Shown: positions 45,502-55,109, counted from the stretch's first letter. The stretch is DNA of 64,000 nucleotides from an uncultured Oscillospiraceae bacterium (GCA_934636655.1 CAKUAS010000011.1:8105-72104), one strand, 5' to 3'. Translations and numbers: made by a program. The notes: generated from the letters alone by a model not told the origin.

Positions 45502-47765
45502 TAAGAAAGGTTAACACATATGCCGGCTATGACGAGCTCTGGCGCAGCGGGCGGCTGTACATCGAGTATTGCGGCGAAAAAAGCTTTGATGTCGCATTCG
45601 AGCGCGGACATTGGATGCCGGTAGACAACGCAACGGAGCATGAGCGGATTTATCTCGTCTCCGCGGCAGCGATAGGCAGCGCAATGGATAAATGCACTCG
45701 CAGCGGTTATCCTGCAGAAAAAGTTTTTGAATTTCTGCCCGAAGATCGCTCGGAACTCATCCCGGCAGAACTTTTTCGCGTACTGATGGATGATATGGGG
45801 CTTGGCATCGACGATGCTGTAAGTACCGTCGTGCGCTCGTTCGGCACATCGCTTGCCTCGCAGCCGGAGCGCGATTGGCTTGCCCCCCTTCAGCCGAGGA
45901 CTGCTTTTCTCGATAAGCTTCTGCGTGATGAATTAAAGCTGCGCGGCATCGCCTGGCACGATTCGTATGACAGCGCATTTCGCTCGTCTGTCGGAGCTGT
46001 CGAGGAGGGGACTGAGATCACCTTCTCCATCATGGCCTTCGGAGGAGTGGAGGCCGCCGCGCTCTGCGTATATGGCGACGACTTCTCCGAAGAGCTTGAC
46101 ATGCAGCGCACGGGGAACATATTCTCCGCACGCTTTACAGCCCCCTGCCCTGCCGCATTGTTTTATAAGTTTAAGCTCGGCGAGAGCTTCCTGTGCCCCG
46201 CCGACGATGGACACAGCTCATGCGTTTGCGGCGGCGAGGCCGAGGGCTTTCGCCTCACAGTATATAAGCGAGGTTTTAAAACGCCTGAAAAGTTTCGCCG
46301 CAGCATCATGTATCAGATTTTCCCCGACCGTTTCGGATTTTCCGATGACGGCACGGCGGAGGCCGGAATTGAGTATCACCGCCGCCTCGGTCAGACACCG
46401 GAAATGCACGGAAGCATATCCGAGCCCGTCAAATGGCAGCCGCGCAAGGGTGAAAAGGACTACGCCCCAGACGATTTTTACGGCGGAACGCTCAAGGGAA
46501 TAACCGCTTATCTTCCGTATCTCAAAGAGCTCGGTATCGGGATTCTGTACCTAAATCCCATCGTCGAGGCAAGGTCAAATCATCGCTACGATACCTCAAA
46601 CTACAAAAACGTTGATCCGATACTCGGCAGTGTCGATGATTATGTAAACCTATGTGCTGAGGCAGAAAGGCTTGGCATCGGCATTATAAACGACGGCGTT
46701 TTCTCGCACACGGGCGCGGACAGCGTGTATTTCGACCGTTTCGGCAGTTACGGCGGAGTCGGTGCGCATGCGAGTAAGGACTCTCCCTATTTTGGATGGT
46801 TCGACTTCCGGACTTATCCCGATGATTACCGTTGCTGGTGGAATTTTAAAGACCTCCCCGAAGTAAATGAGGAGGACAAAAGCTGGCAGGACTATATAAT
46901 CAGTTCCGACAACAGCATCGTAAAGCTCTGGCTGCGGCGCGGAGCAAGCGGCTGGCGGCTCGATGTGGCCGACGAATTGCCCGACGATGTACTGATGCTC
47001 ATACGCGATTCGGCGAAAGCCGAAAAGCACGACTGCACGATAATCGGCGAGGTTTGGGAGGATGCCGTACTCAAGGTGAGCTACGGACACCGGCGTAATT
47101 ACGCACTCGGATATGCACTCGACAGCGTGATGAACTATCCGTTCCGCACGGCTGTGATCAGCTTTGCGCGAGGCGAGACAGACTCTTTTGCGCTGCGCGA
47201 TTTTCTGCTGTCGCAGCAGCACAATTACCCCGAACCCATGTACATGGCGCTTATGAATCTGCTGTCCTCGCACGATGTTGAAAGGCTGCACTCGGCGCTC
47301 GGCGCGGATTGCGAGCTCAAGTCGCTCGACCGTACAAATCAGGCGGCATTCAGGCTCACGCCCGAGCAGTCCGCTAAAGCTGACAGACTTCAAAAGCTGT
47401 GCGCCGCTATACAATACTGTGCCCCAGGCGTACCCTGCCTTTATTACGGCGACGAGGAATGCCTTGACGGCGCAGGCGATCCATTTAATCGTGCCCCGTT
47501 TGAGCCAACGAGAGTGGGTTTACATAACTTTTATGCTGAGCTCGGTAAAATGCGCAGCGGGAGCGAAGCGCTCAGATCCGGCAGTGCAAAATTCCATGCT
47601 CCGACACCCGATGTCCTGATCATACTGCGCGAGGCTGAAAATGACCGTGTTCTCTGCGTTGTGAACCGCGGGAATGATCAATTTATACTGCGTGACTGTG
47701 GATATGCATATGGTGTTGACGTCAGCGTACCGCCTTGCTCGGCAAAGATATATAAGTTAACATAA
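45489..47765 (+). CDS. GH13 alpha-glucan hydrolase (neopullulanase/amylopullulanase-like) with unusual N-terminal region
   Basis: GH13 regions I-IV are NDGVFSH, GWRLDVADE, IIGEVWED and LLSSHDVER. The first roughly 150 aa are not a standard GH13 N-domain (see findings). Confidence 0.85.
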   Translation: MDALIRKVNTYAGYDELWRSGRLYIEYCGEKSFDVAFERGHWMPVDNATEHERIYLVSAAAIGSAMDKCTRSGYPAEKVFEFLPEDRSELIPAELFRVLMDDMGLGIDDAVSTVVRSFGTSLASQPERDWLAPLQPRTAFLDKLLRDELKLRGIAWHDSYDSAFRSSVGAVEEGTEITFSIMAFGGVEAAALCVYGDDFSEELDMQRTGNIFSARFTAPCPAALFYKFKLGESFLCPADDGHSSCVCGGEAEGFRLTVYKRGFKTPEKFRRSIMYQIFPDRFGFSDDGTAEAGIEYHRRLGQTPEMHGSISEPVKWQPRKGEKDYAPDDFYGGTLKGITAYLPYLKELGIGILYLNPIVEARSNHRYDTSNYKNVDPILGSVDDYVNLCAEAERLGIGIINDGVFSHTGADSVYFDRFGSYGGVGAHASKDSPYFGWFDFRTYPDDYRCWWNFKDLPEVNEEDKSWQDYIISSDNSIVKLWLRRGASGWRLDVADELPDDVLMLIRDSAKAEKHDCTIIGEVWEDAVLKVSYGHRRNYALGYALDSVMNYPFRTAVISFARGETDSFALRDFLLSQQHNYPEPMYMALMNLLSSHDVERLHSALGADCELKSLDRTNQAAFRLTPEQSAKADRLQKLCAAIQYCAPGVPCLYYGDEECLDGAGDPFNRAPFEPTRVGLHNFYAELGKMRSGSEALRSGSAKFHAPTPDVLIILREAENDRVLCVVNRGNDQFILRDCGYAYGVDVSVPPCSAKIYKLT

Positions 47766-47782
47766 TTTTTAGAGGTATGGAT

Positions 47783-48799
47783 ATGGACTACAAAGAAGTT
47801 CTCGCAAATGCGAAAAAGAACATCGGCCCGAACTGCAAGGTCTGCCCCGAATGCAACGGCCTTGCCTGCGGTAATCTCATGCCCGGCCCGGGCTCAAAAG
47901 CGCCCGGCAACGGCGCAAACGACAACTGGAAGGCCTGGCGGAGTATAAGGCTCAACATGGATACGATATTCCCGGATGAGCCCGTTGACACTGGGATTGA
48001 CTTCCTCGGCCGACATCTTTCGATGCCGCTCATCTCCGCGCCTGTGGGCTCACTTAAAGCGCAGTATAATCCCACGGATGATATCCGCGATTTCAACGAA
48101 TGCTGCGCCGAGGCAGCCGAACAGTGCGGCATTGCGTCGAGCTTCGGCGACGGTCTTGACGCAAGAGTGTTCCCTCACGGCTGCGAAACATCGAAAAAAC
48201 ATGGCGGTATAGCCATCCCGGTCATAAATCCTCTAAGCATGGAGACGATAAAAGCGAATCTCGACATGGCAAACGAAGCAATGCCTTTCGCCGTCTCCTT
48301 CGTGGTCGATTCTGCCGGACTTCCTCACCTTAAAAAGGTCAGTCCCGACGCGGGCAGCAAAAGCCAAGAGCAGCTGCGCGAGCTGTGCGAATACGCAAAA
48401 ATACCCATGATAATAAAGGGCATCATGACGGCACGCGGCGCAGTCAAAGCAGCAGATGCCGGTGCTGCGGCAATAATAGTTTCAAACCACGGCGGGCGCG
48501 TTCTCGGCGGCTCGGCCGCGACAGCGGAGGTCCTGCCGGAGATAGTCGACGCTGTCGGCGACAGGGTCAAGATAATCGTCGACGGCGGCATACGCAGCGG
48601 CACTGATATCTTCCGCGCACTTGCAATCGGCGCGGACGCGGTCATGATCTGCCGTCCGTTCCTGATAAGCTACTACGGCGGCAGGACAGAAGGCATCGTC
48701 AGCTACATTGAGAAGCTGCGCGCGGAGCTCAAGGACACGATGTACATGTGCGGTGCGCGAAAAATAAGCGATATCGACCGCTCAATGATAAGATTTTAG
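47783..48799 (+). CDS. FMN-dependent alpha-hydroxy-acid oxidase/dehydrogenase family protein
   Basis: Motif IVSNHGGR and a TIM-barrel FMN pattern (DGGIRSGTDIFRALAIGA). N-terminal Cys cluster CKVCPECNGLACGN. The ATG at 47783 lies 7 nt after GAGG, and the ATG at 47777 is too close to it. Confidence 0.8.
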   Translation: MDYKEVLANAKKNIGPNCKVCPECNGLACGNLMPGPGSKAPGNGANDNWKAWRSIRLNMDTIFPDEPVDTGIDFLGRHLSMPLISAPVGSLKAQYNPTDDIRDFNECCAEAAEQCGIASSFGDGLDARVFPHGCETSKKHGGIAIPVINPLSMETIKANLDMANEAMPFAVSFVVDSAGLPHLKKVSPDAGSKSQEQLRELCEYAKIPMIIKGIMTARGAVKAADAGAAAIIVSNHGGRVLGGSAATAEVLPEIVDAVGDRVKIIVDGGIRSGTDIFRALAIGADAVMICRPFLISYYGGRTEGIVSYIEKLRAELKDTMYMCGARKISDIDRSMIRF

Positions 48800-48807
48800 G
48801 CAGCAAA

Positions 48808-48833
48808 AAGCCCGGTTCAGTTGAACCGGGCTT
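48808..48833. terminator. bidirectional terminator
   Basis: 12-bp stem aagcccggttca / tgaaccgggctt with a 2-nt loop. Confidence 0.7.
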
Positions 48834-48838
48834 GATTA

Positions 48839-50632
48839 TTATTTAGTCATTAAATTGTACATCTCGACATATTCGGGAGCTTGCATCGCATTTTCAAGGA
48901 GGTTATAGGTACTCACAAATGTGTTGATTAAGCTATAGCCTGAGCCGCCGGTGCTTATGTAGAAATACCCACCATCCTGAAATGCGGGCAGACCATTGGT
49001 CTTGAGATATTCCTCCGTTTTATTGAGATTTGCAAAATACTGCTCGACCACACCGCGATAGCGCGCCTCGACTATCCTGAACGCATCACGCAGCGCCTCG
49101 TTATTCACCGTCTGCTCATATATCGACGGATAATTCTCCTTTGCGTAGATCAGATAAGACAATATAAAAAATTTAAATTCTGAATAAGCAAAGTAGTCAC
49201 CGCTTGACATCGCCACATATTCGAACCAATTTTCCCTGGAAAACGGCTGATCGAGTAAGTATTCGTACAGCGAGATATTCGTTGTCGAACTCCAGCAGTA
49301 AGCCGTGAACTCATTCATCAAGCCATATATGCCGTTGACATTGGAGTCGACCTCCGCACCCGCTCCGACATAGGTACTGTATCTGAAGCTGCGCAGATCT
49401 TCGGGCACGATGGCCGCTATCTCCTCGGTTTGATAAGTATCGGTTTCGGGAACCATAATGTGCATGCCCTCACCGGTATAATAGGCACGATACATAGCGC
49501 TACTGTATTCACCTGTGACGGGATCTATCTTAGTGTTGTACCGACTGTTAAATGCTGTGTAGATATGCTCTTGTTCATGCACCGCCGTACTCAGATCTTC
49601 AATCAGTCCTCTATTATTCATCCAGGTCATGAAATCGTCGCCGTTCGCTTCGCTGTCGCGCAGGATATACGACCCGTTCGGGCAGTATTTATCCAAAAGC
49701 GCAAGGACATTGTCATGCGTAGCCGTATCAGTGGGAGCCGGTATACCGCTTGCCGGTGTGGGGCAGGGATACGGAAGCTTTCCGCTTACGATATACTCAC
49801 TGTCACCGGACGGAGTCGGTGTGGGGGTAGGATCAGGCGTAGGCGTGGGCGTGGGCGTAGGGTCGGGAGTATCGCTGTTATAATAGCGATACAGGAAGGT
49901 CACGATCTGTCCGCGCGTACACGTTGCGTTCGGCGCAAACTTGTTGGGCGTAACACCCGCTGTTATACCGTTTTCGACAGCCCATATGACCGCACTGCGG
50001 TAGTAAGCATTCGCGGAAACATCAGCAAAGAGACAGCTGTTTCCGACATCCGGCTCACCGGCCGCGCGATATAAAAACGAGACGACCTGAGCGCGAGTGC
50101 AAGGCTTATTGGGTGCAAATCGGTCGGCGCTTACGCCGCTTGTTATACCGTTTTTGACAGCCCAGCGTATGGCTTTGTAGTAATAATTGGTGTAATGAAC
50201 ATCGTCAAAGGCCATAATAACGTCCACCGTCGGCCCGCCGGCGGCGCGCCACATGAATGTGACGACTTGCGCCCTGGTGCATGAATCGTTGGGCGCAAAG
50301 TGCGTATCGTCAGTGCCCTGCGTTATGTCGTTTTTGACGGCCCACTCCACGGCATTGCTGTAATACTTGCCGGGGGCTACATCGACAAAACCGGCAACAC
50401 CCTGATCGCCCGAGCTCGTTTTGTGACAAACCGAGCAGGGCTTGTACCCGCATCTCACGGCATAGTCGAGCGTCACGGCATAGCCCGATTCGCTCAGGTA
50501 CCTGCATCCGTACTCGTGATACTTGCTGCCTGTGTCGGTTATATACACCATCTGATCGGCAAGCGCGCCGATCGGAAGCAGCGTGCAGAGCATAATGACA
50601 ACAAGCAGCAGCGCTATTAGGCGTTTTTTCAT
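48839..50632 (-). CDS. cell-surface protein: signal peptide, Cys/His mini-domain, 3 SLH repeats, Pro-Thr linker, C-terminal HExxH domain
   Basis: 597 aa with three SLH-like repeats (F.DV....YY..A..WAV.N.IT.G......FAPN..CTRAQVV.F). TPDPTPTPTPTPDPTPTPTP linker at 49808-49873. HEQEH at 49565-49579. Confidence 0.8.
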   Translation of the reverse strand: MKKRLIALLLVVIMLCTLLPIGALADQMVYITDTGSKYHEYGCRYLSESGYAVTLDYAVRCGYKPCSVCHKTSSGDQGVAGFVDVAPGKYYSNAVEWAVKNDITQGTDDTHFAPNDSCTRAQVVTFMWRAAGGPTVDVIMAFDDVHYTNYYYKAIRWAVKNGITSGVSADRFAPNKPCTRAQVVSFLYRAAGEPDVGNSCLFADVSANAYYRSAVIWAVENGITAGVTPNKFAPNATCTRGQIVTFLYRYYNSDTPDPTPTPTPTPDPTPTPTPSGDSEYIVSGKLPYPCPTPASGIPAPTDTATHDNVLALLDKYCPNGSYILRDSEANGDDFMTWMNNRGLIEDLSTAVHEQEHIYTAFNSRYNTKIDPVTGEYSSAMYRAYYTGEGMHIMVPETDTYQTEEIAAIVPEDLRSFRYSTYVGAGAEVDSNVNGIYGLMNEFTAYCWSSTTNISLYEYLLDQPFSRENWFEYVAMSSGDYFAYSEFKFFILSYLIYAKENYPSIYEQTVNNEALRDAFRIVEARYRGVVEQYFANLNKTEEYLKTNGLPAFQDGGYFYISTGGSGYSLINTFVSTYNLLENAMQAPEYVEMYNLMTK

Positions 50633-50698
50633 CTCTTTTCTCCTTACAAATATATTTAATTTGTCTGAAATTTTATCACACTATGCCGATTATAGCAA

Positions 50699-50732
50699 CA
50701 AAAAACCCGATGCAAAAGCATCGGGTTTTTTG
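50699..50732. terminator. bidirectional terminator
   Basis: 13-bp stem aaaaacccgatgc / gcatcgggttttt with loop aaaa. Confidence 0.75.
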
Positions 50733-50786
50733 TTTTATGGGGAAGAGAGAGGATGAAAGAAAAACGATCTGCTTTGAAATATCGGA

Positions 50787-51218
50787 TTACTTGATCTCAA
50801 GACGTCTTGCCGCGGGAACCTCGGGGGTCTTCTCCGGCATGGTCAGAGTCAGGACACCGTCGTTATACTCAGCGGTGATAGCGTCGGTATCAATGCCCTT
50901 GATGTTGAAGCTGCGGCTGAACGAGCCGTAGTAACGCTCGCGGCGGACAAAGCCGTTCTCGCCTTTGTCTTCCTTTTCCTCGGACTTGCGCTCTGCGGAA
51001 ATGGTCAGGCAATCCTTGTCGATATCAATGTTGATATCCTCCTTCTTGAAGCCGGGCAGTTCCGCTTCAAGAACATAGTTTCCGTCGACCTTCTTGATGT
51101 CGGTGCGGAAGCCGCTGACGTCTGCGTCATTCCAGAAGCTGTGGCTCATTTCCTCCAGCTCACGGAAAGGATTATAAGATGCTACTCTGCGATAGCCAAA
51201 CGGTGTAAGTTCAAACAT
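50787..51218 (-). CDS. Hsp20/alpha-crystallin small heat-shock protein
   Basis: Alpha-crystallin domain (DIKKVDGNYVLEAELPGFKKEDI...YNDGVLTLTMPK). The ATG at 51218 lies 8 nt after GGAGG, and the TTG of the ORF track is too close. Confidence 0.9.
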   Translation of the reverse strand: MFELTPFGYRRVASYNPFRELEEMSHSFWNDADVSGFRTDIKKVDGNYVLEAELPGFKKEDINIDIDKDCLTISAERKSEEKEDKGENGFVRRERYYGSFSRSFNIKGIDTDAITAEYNDGVLTLTMPEKTPEVPAARRLEIK

Positions 51219-51358
51219 AATCAATACCTCCTAATGATTTGGGGAAAGACTCAAACTCGAAATTTGGTTCTTCGTTTATGTCTTTCGTTTCTTGTTGTAT
51301 ATAAAGTACCATATAATTATGAACAAATATAGTGCTTTATATGAACAAAATGTAAACC

Positions 51359-51385
51359 TTAGCACTCCCAAGTTTCGAGTGCTAA
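51359..51385. promoter_or_regulatory. CIRCE operator (HrcA binding site)
   Basis: A perfect TTAGCACTC-N9-GAGTGCTAA, located 141 nt upstream of the hsp20 start. Confidence 0.85.
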
Positions 51386-51428
51386 GGTTTTTCACTTGCA
51401 AGTATTATTATGTCCTGCTTTTCGCGAT

Positions 51429-52052
51429 TTACTCGCCTTTTTTGTTGAGCGCTTTGTGTTTGACGAGAACGAGGATCGCAAACGCTATCGCAACGGCCGC
51501 TATCGCCACCGAAGTATACACGATCGCAGCGTTATAGGTGTTATTGATGTTTATTGCCTGCTCAGGACGAACGGGCACGGTAGGCGTGGGCGTGACTTCC
51601 GGATTTTCCGGTTCTTCGGTCGGCTCCGGCGTCGGATCTGCGATCATAGGATGATCGGGCACACTGACAGGCGCTTCCGCCGCCTGTTTGCCGTCCGCAC
51701 CAAGGAGATCGCTCATGAGCACCCAGCCGTCGAAGCTTTCGCCGTTATCCGACGCAACCGTAACATGGCCCCACGGCACATCTCCCATATAGCTCACGCG
51801 GTATTCGACCTTGAGCTCGGTGTCGTTTTTGATCAGCATGTACTTTCCGTTTAAGTCGCACTCGGGGGTCTCCCACGCGACAATGTAACCATCCTCGTTA
51901 TATGCCGTATAAACGGCTCCGTCTTTTATAAGATTATTCGGATCGTCCCATGGGTCGGCAACGGGCTTGAGCCCGATCTCGGCACTCGCCGAAAGCGGCA
52001 GCGCCGCCATCATGAGCAGCAGCATAAGAACGAAGAGAAGCTTATTTTTCAT
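51429..52052 (-). CDS. secreted protein with C-terminal TM anchor, function unknown
   Basis: Signal peptide MKNKLLFVLMLLLMMAALPLSASA, a globular domain of about 110 aa, a Pro/Thr/Glu linker, and a C-terminal TM (AAIVYTSVAIAAVAIAFAILVLV). GGAGG lies 7 nt before the ATG at 52052. Confidence 0.6.
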   Translation of the reverse strand: MKNKLLFVLMLLLMMAALPLSASAEIGLKPVADPWDDPNNLIKDGAVYTAYNEDGYIVAWETPECDLNGKYMLIKNDTELKVEYRVSYMGDVPWGHVTVASDNGESFDGWVLMSDLLGADGKQAAEAPVSVPDHPMIADPTPEPTEEPENPEVTPTPTVPVRPEQAININNTYNAAIVYTSVAIAAVAIAFAILVLVKHKALNKKGE

Positions 52053-52146
52053 ACCAATGCCTCCAATGTGCACAAACATCCGAAGTATAGCATAAAAGAA
52101 CGAAAAATGAAAGCACAAATTTGTTAACTAACAAAACATTCCCGTG

Positions 52147-53598
52147 TCACAGCGCTATGGGTACGGCATTCGGCTCTATCGGGCAGGTATAACCGCCCTT
52201 GGAGCGGCGCTTAAATTCCTCGCGCGCAGCCTTTAACAGCTCGGGGTCTTCGATTAGGTCGATGACCGACGCCGCCATGACCTTTCCCGCGCAGAGCATG
52301 CCCTTATAGGCGATGCTGCTCTTGCCGCAGGTGACTGTCTGCCATGTGTGTCCGGGCATACCGCTCGGCCAGGTTACGGTCTCGATCTGCGCAGCCGGGG
52401 TAAGCCAGCTGACGTCGCCGACATCGGTGCTGCCGGCTATGAAGCCGGTGCCCGAGTAGTAAGGCATGAGGAAATCGTTGAGGGGCTCGGCAAGATCGTG
52501 CGTCTTCTCCATGACGGTCTCGGCGATATCCGAGTCAAAATGCGCGCCGATGCCGGGAGCGGAACTCTGCTTGGGGAAGGTCTTGCGCAGCTCGGCGGCA
52601 AACTTGCGCTCTGCGTCCGTATGCTGCGGAACGCCGATCTTTTCAAAATTATCGTACATAAGCTTTTCGAGTGTGAAGTTAGGCAGGAGTTCCGCGGTGC
52701 CGTCTATGAAAACGCGCTCCACGCTCGTCTCGGTCATCATAGCCGCGCCCTCGGCTATTTTATCCACGCGTTTTTGCAGCTCAATGCAGTCCTTGACCTT
52801 GTTGGCGCGCGTCATGTACAGCACCTCTGCCTCGGACTGAACGACATTTGGAGATATGCCGCCCGTATTTGTTATCGCATAGTGTACGCGGCAATCATCC
52901 GACATATGCTCGCGCAGAAACTGCACGCCGATATTCATGAGCTCAACGGCATCGAGCGCGCTGCGGCCGAGCTCGGGGCATGCTGCCGCGTGAGCGGACA
53001 GTCCCTTGAATTTATAAAGCACCTGGATCGACGAGTTATTTGTACCGGTCTTGACCTGATTTACGTCCGCAGGGTGCCAGCAGAACGCGGCATCGAGCTT
53101 TTCCCAAACGCGCTCACGCGCCATGAAGGCCTTGCCGCTTCCGCCCTCCTCGCCGGGACAGCCGAAGAAAATGACCGTTCCGCTGCTGCCGCTGTCCTCA
53201 AGATATTTCTTGACGGCGAAGGCCGCAGCGAGCGAGGCAACGCCCAGCAGATTGTGTCCGCAGCCGTGGCCGTTGCCGTCATGGACTACGGGGTCTTTTT
53301 CGTAAAGCCCCGCCTTCTGCGAAAGTCCTGAGAGTGCGTCGAACTCGCCGAGCACGCCGATATACGGCCTTCCGCTGCCGAACGAGCCGCAGAACGCGGT
53401 GTCAATGCCGCAGAGCTTTTCGCGTACCTCAAAGCCGTACTCGCGCAGTATTTTGCAGTAAAGCGCCGCGGCCTTATATTCCTTGAGCGAGAGCTCCGGG
53501 TTATCCCAGATCTCGTCGGCCGTCTTTTCGTAGAAGTCCGCCATAGATTCAACAGAATCTATGGAGGCGTTTTTGAGTTTTGTCTTTATTTCATTCAT
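52147..53598 (-). CDS. M20-family amidohydrolase (AbgB-like)
   Basis: Metal-ligand motif NGHGCGHNLLG and the M20 dimerisation-domain layout. The start MNEIKTKL at 53598 lies 1 nt after the ABC ATPase stop, so the ORF-track N-terminus is over-extended. Confidence 0.8.
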   Translation of the reverse strand: MNEIKTKLKNASIDSVESMADFYEKTADEIWDNPELSLKEYKAAALYCKILREYGFEVREKLCGIDTAFCGSFGSGRPYIGVLGEFDALSGLSQKAGLYEKDPVVHDGNGHGCGHNLLGVASLAAAFAVKKYLEDSGSSGTVIFFGCPGEEGGSGKAFMARERVWEKLDAAFCWHPADVNQVKTGTNNSSIQVLYKFKGLSAHAAACPELGRSALDAVELMNIGVQFLREHMSDDCRVHYAITNTGGISPNVVQSEAEVLYMTRANKVKDCIELQKRVDKIAEGAAMMTETSVERVFIDGTAELLPNFTLEKLMYDNFEKIGVPQHTDAERKFAAELRKTFPKQSSAPGIGAHFDSDIAETVMEKTHDLAEPLNDFLMPYYSGTGFIAGSTDVGDVSWLTPAAQIETVTWPSGMPGHTWQTVTCGKSSIAYKGMLCAGKVMAASVIDLIEDPELLKAAREEFKRRSKGGYTCPIEPNAVPIAL

Positions 53599-53599
53599 A

Positions 53600-54343
53600 T
53601 CAAAGCACCTTGGATAAAAAGTCCTGTAAACGCTCGCTCTGAGGATGCTCGAATATCTCCTCGGGCGTGCCCTCCTCGACGAGCTTACCGTCGGCCATAA
53701 ACAGGACGCGGTTGCCGACCTCGCGTGCAAAGCCCATCTCGTGGGTGACGACGACCATCGTCATGCCCTCGTGCGCGAGCTCCTTCATAACGTCGAGCAC
53801 CTCACCGACCATCTCGGGGTCGAGCGCGCTCGTAGGCTCGTCAAACAGCATGACATCGGGCTCCATGCACAGTGCGCGCACGATCGCTATACGCTGCTTC
53901 TGGCCGCCCGAGAGCTGGATGGGATATGCGTCTGCACGGTCCTCAAGACCTACGCGCTTTAAAAGCTGCATCGCCTTGGCCTTGGCCTCCTCAACAGGCA
54001 CCTTTTTGACCTCGACTGGCGCAAGGATCATGTTCTCAAGTATCGTCTTGTGCGGGAAAAGATTAAAGTGCTGGAAGACCATGCCCATCTTCTGGCGGTG
54101 CTTGTTTATGTCTATCTTCTTATTGGTTATATCGACATTTTCAAAAATAATGCTGCCGCTCGTGGGCTCTTCGAGCAGGTTCAGCGAGCGCAGGAGGGTT
54201 GACTTTCCCGAACCCGAGGGGCCGATGACGACCATAACGTCGCCGCGGTTAATGTCGACCGTAACGCCGTCGAGTGCCTTGATAACGCCCTTTTTGTAGT
54301 ATTTCTTCAGGTCTTTTACCTGTATAAGTTTATCGTTTGTCAC
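53600..54343 (-). CDS. polar amino acid ABC transporter ATP-binding protein (GlnQ-like)
   Basis: Walker [10 protein letters not shown], signature [11 protein letters not shown], Walker [12 protein letters not shown]. Confidence 0.9.
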   Translation of the reverse strand: MTNDKLIQVKDLKKYYKKGVIKALDGVTVDINRGDVMVVIGPSGSGKSTLLRSLNLLEEPTSGSIIFENVDITNKKIDINKHRQKMGMVFQHFNLFPHKTILENMILAPVEVKKVPVEEAKAKAMQLLKRVGLEDRADAYPIQLSGGQKQRIAIVRALCMEPDVMLFDEPTSALDPEMVGEVLDVMKELAHEGMTMVVVTHEMGFAREVGNRVLFMADGKLVEEGTPEEIFEHPQSERLQDFLSKVL

Positions 54344-55109
54344 CGACGCTCATCTTCCTTTCAAAGTGTTCGATTATCTTGGAGGTGGGGAATGTCAGGC
54401 AGAAGTACACAGCCGTTGCGACAACGAGCGGCTCTGCGATACGGAACGTTGCGCCCTTGATGGAGGCAACGGCGTACATAATTTCGCCCACTCCGATGGT
54501 GTAGCAGATAGAGGACTCCTTGATTATCGTGACGAATTCGTTTGCGATAGCCGGAAGGATGTTCTTTATCGCCTGCGGCAGAATGATGAAGCGCATGTTC
54601 TGCGCCTGAGTAAGGCCGAGAGAGCGTGCAGCTTCCGTCTGGCCACCGTCGATGCTCTGGATGCCGGAGCGGATGATCTCGCTCAGGTAGGCCGCAGAGT
54701 TGAGGCTCAGGGCGACAACGCCGGGAACAAAACGCTCAAAGCGTATGGTTCCGAAGAGCTTAAACGAGGGGATATCGACATTTGCAAACGCCACATAATA
54801 TATAATGAAGAGCTGAACGAGCATTGGTGTTGCACGGAAGAGCTCGACATAAACGCTTGCGAGGAAAGAGATCGGGTTAAAGCGGCCGAGGGCTGCGAGG
54901 AAGCCCTCCTCGCGCAGGTGGCCGTGCTTATCAAGTGCAAGGAAACCGAACGGCTGCCATTTGCTCAGGCGCATGACCGCAAGCAGCAGCGCGAGAATAA
55001 AACCAAATATAACGGTCAATGCGGACAGGGATATAGTGCAGACAAGGCCGTCTATAAACAGCTGCCTGTAATCCCATGTTATTGAAAATCCATCCGGAGT
55101 AAAAAACAT
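54330..55109 (-). CDS. polar amino acid ABC transporter permease (HisM/GlnP type)
   Basis: 259-aa polytopic protein with the EAA-like loop ([22 protein letters not shown]). Confidence 0.9.
   Translation of the reverse strand: MFFTPDGFSITWDYRQLFIDGLVCTISLSALTVIFGFILALLLAVMRLSKWQPFGFLALDKHGHLREEGFLAALGRFNPISFLASVYVELFRATPMLVQLFIIYYVAFANVDIPSFKLFGTIRFERFVPGVVALSLNSAAYLSEIIRSGIQSIDGGQTEAARSLGLTQAQNMRFIILPQAIKNILPAIANEFVTIIKESSICYTIGVGEIMYAVASIKGATFRIAEPLVVATAVYFCLTFPTSKIIEHFERKMSVGDKR

Noticed and set aside
49808-49873. Periodic DNA (ggcgtaggcgtgggcgtgggcgtaggg...) resembling a short tandem repeat array.
   Set aside because: It is in frame within the SLH protein gene and encodes a (Thr-Pro)n/Asp linker. 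It is not a CRISPR array or a non-coding repeat. No repeat-spacer architecture exists anywhere in the window.
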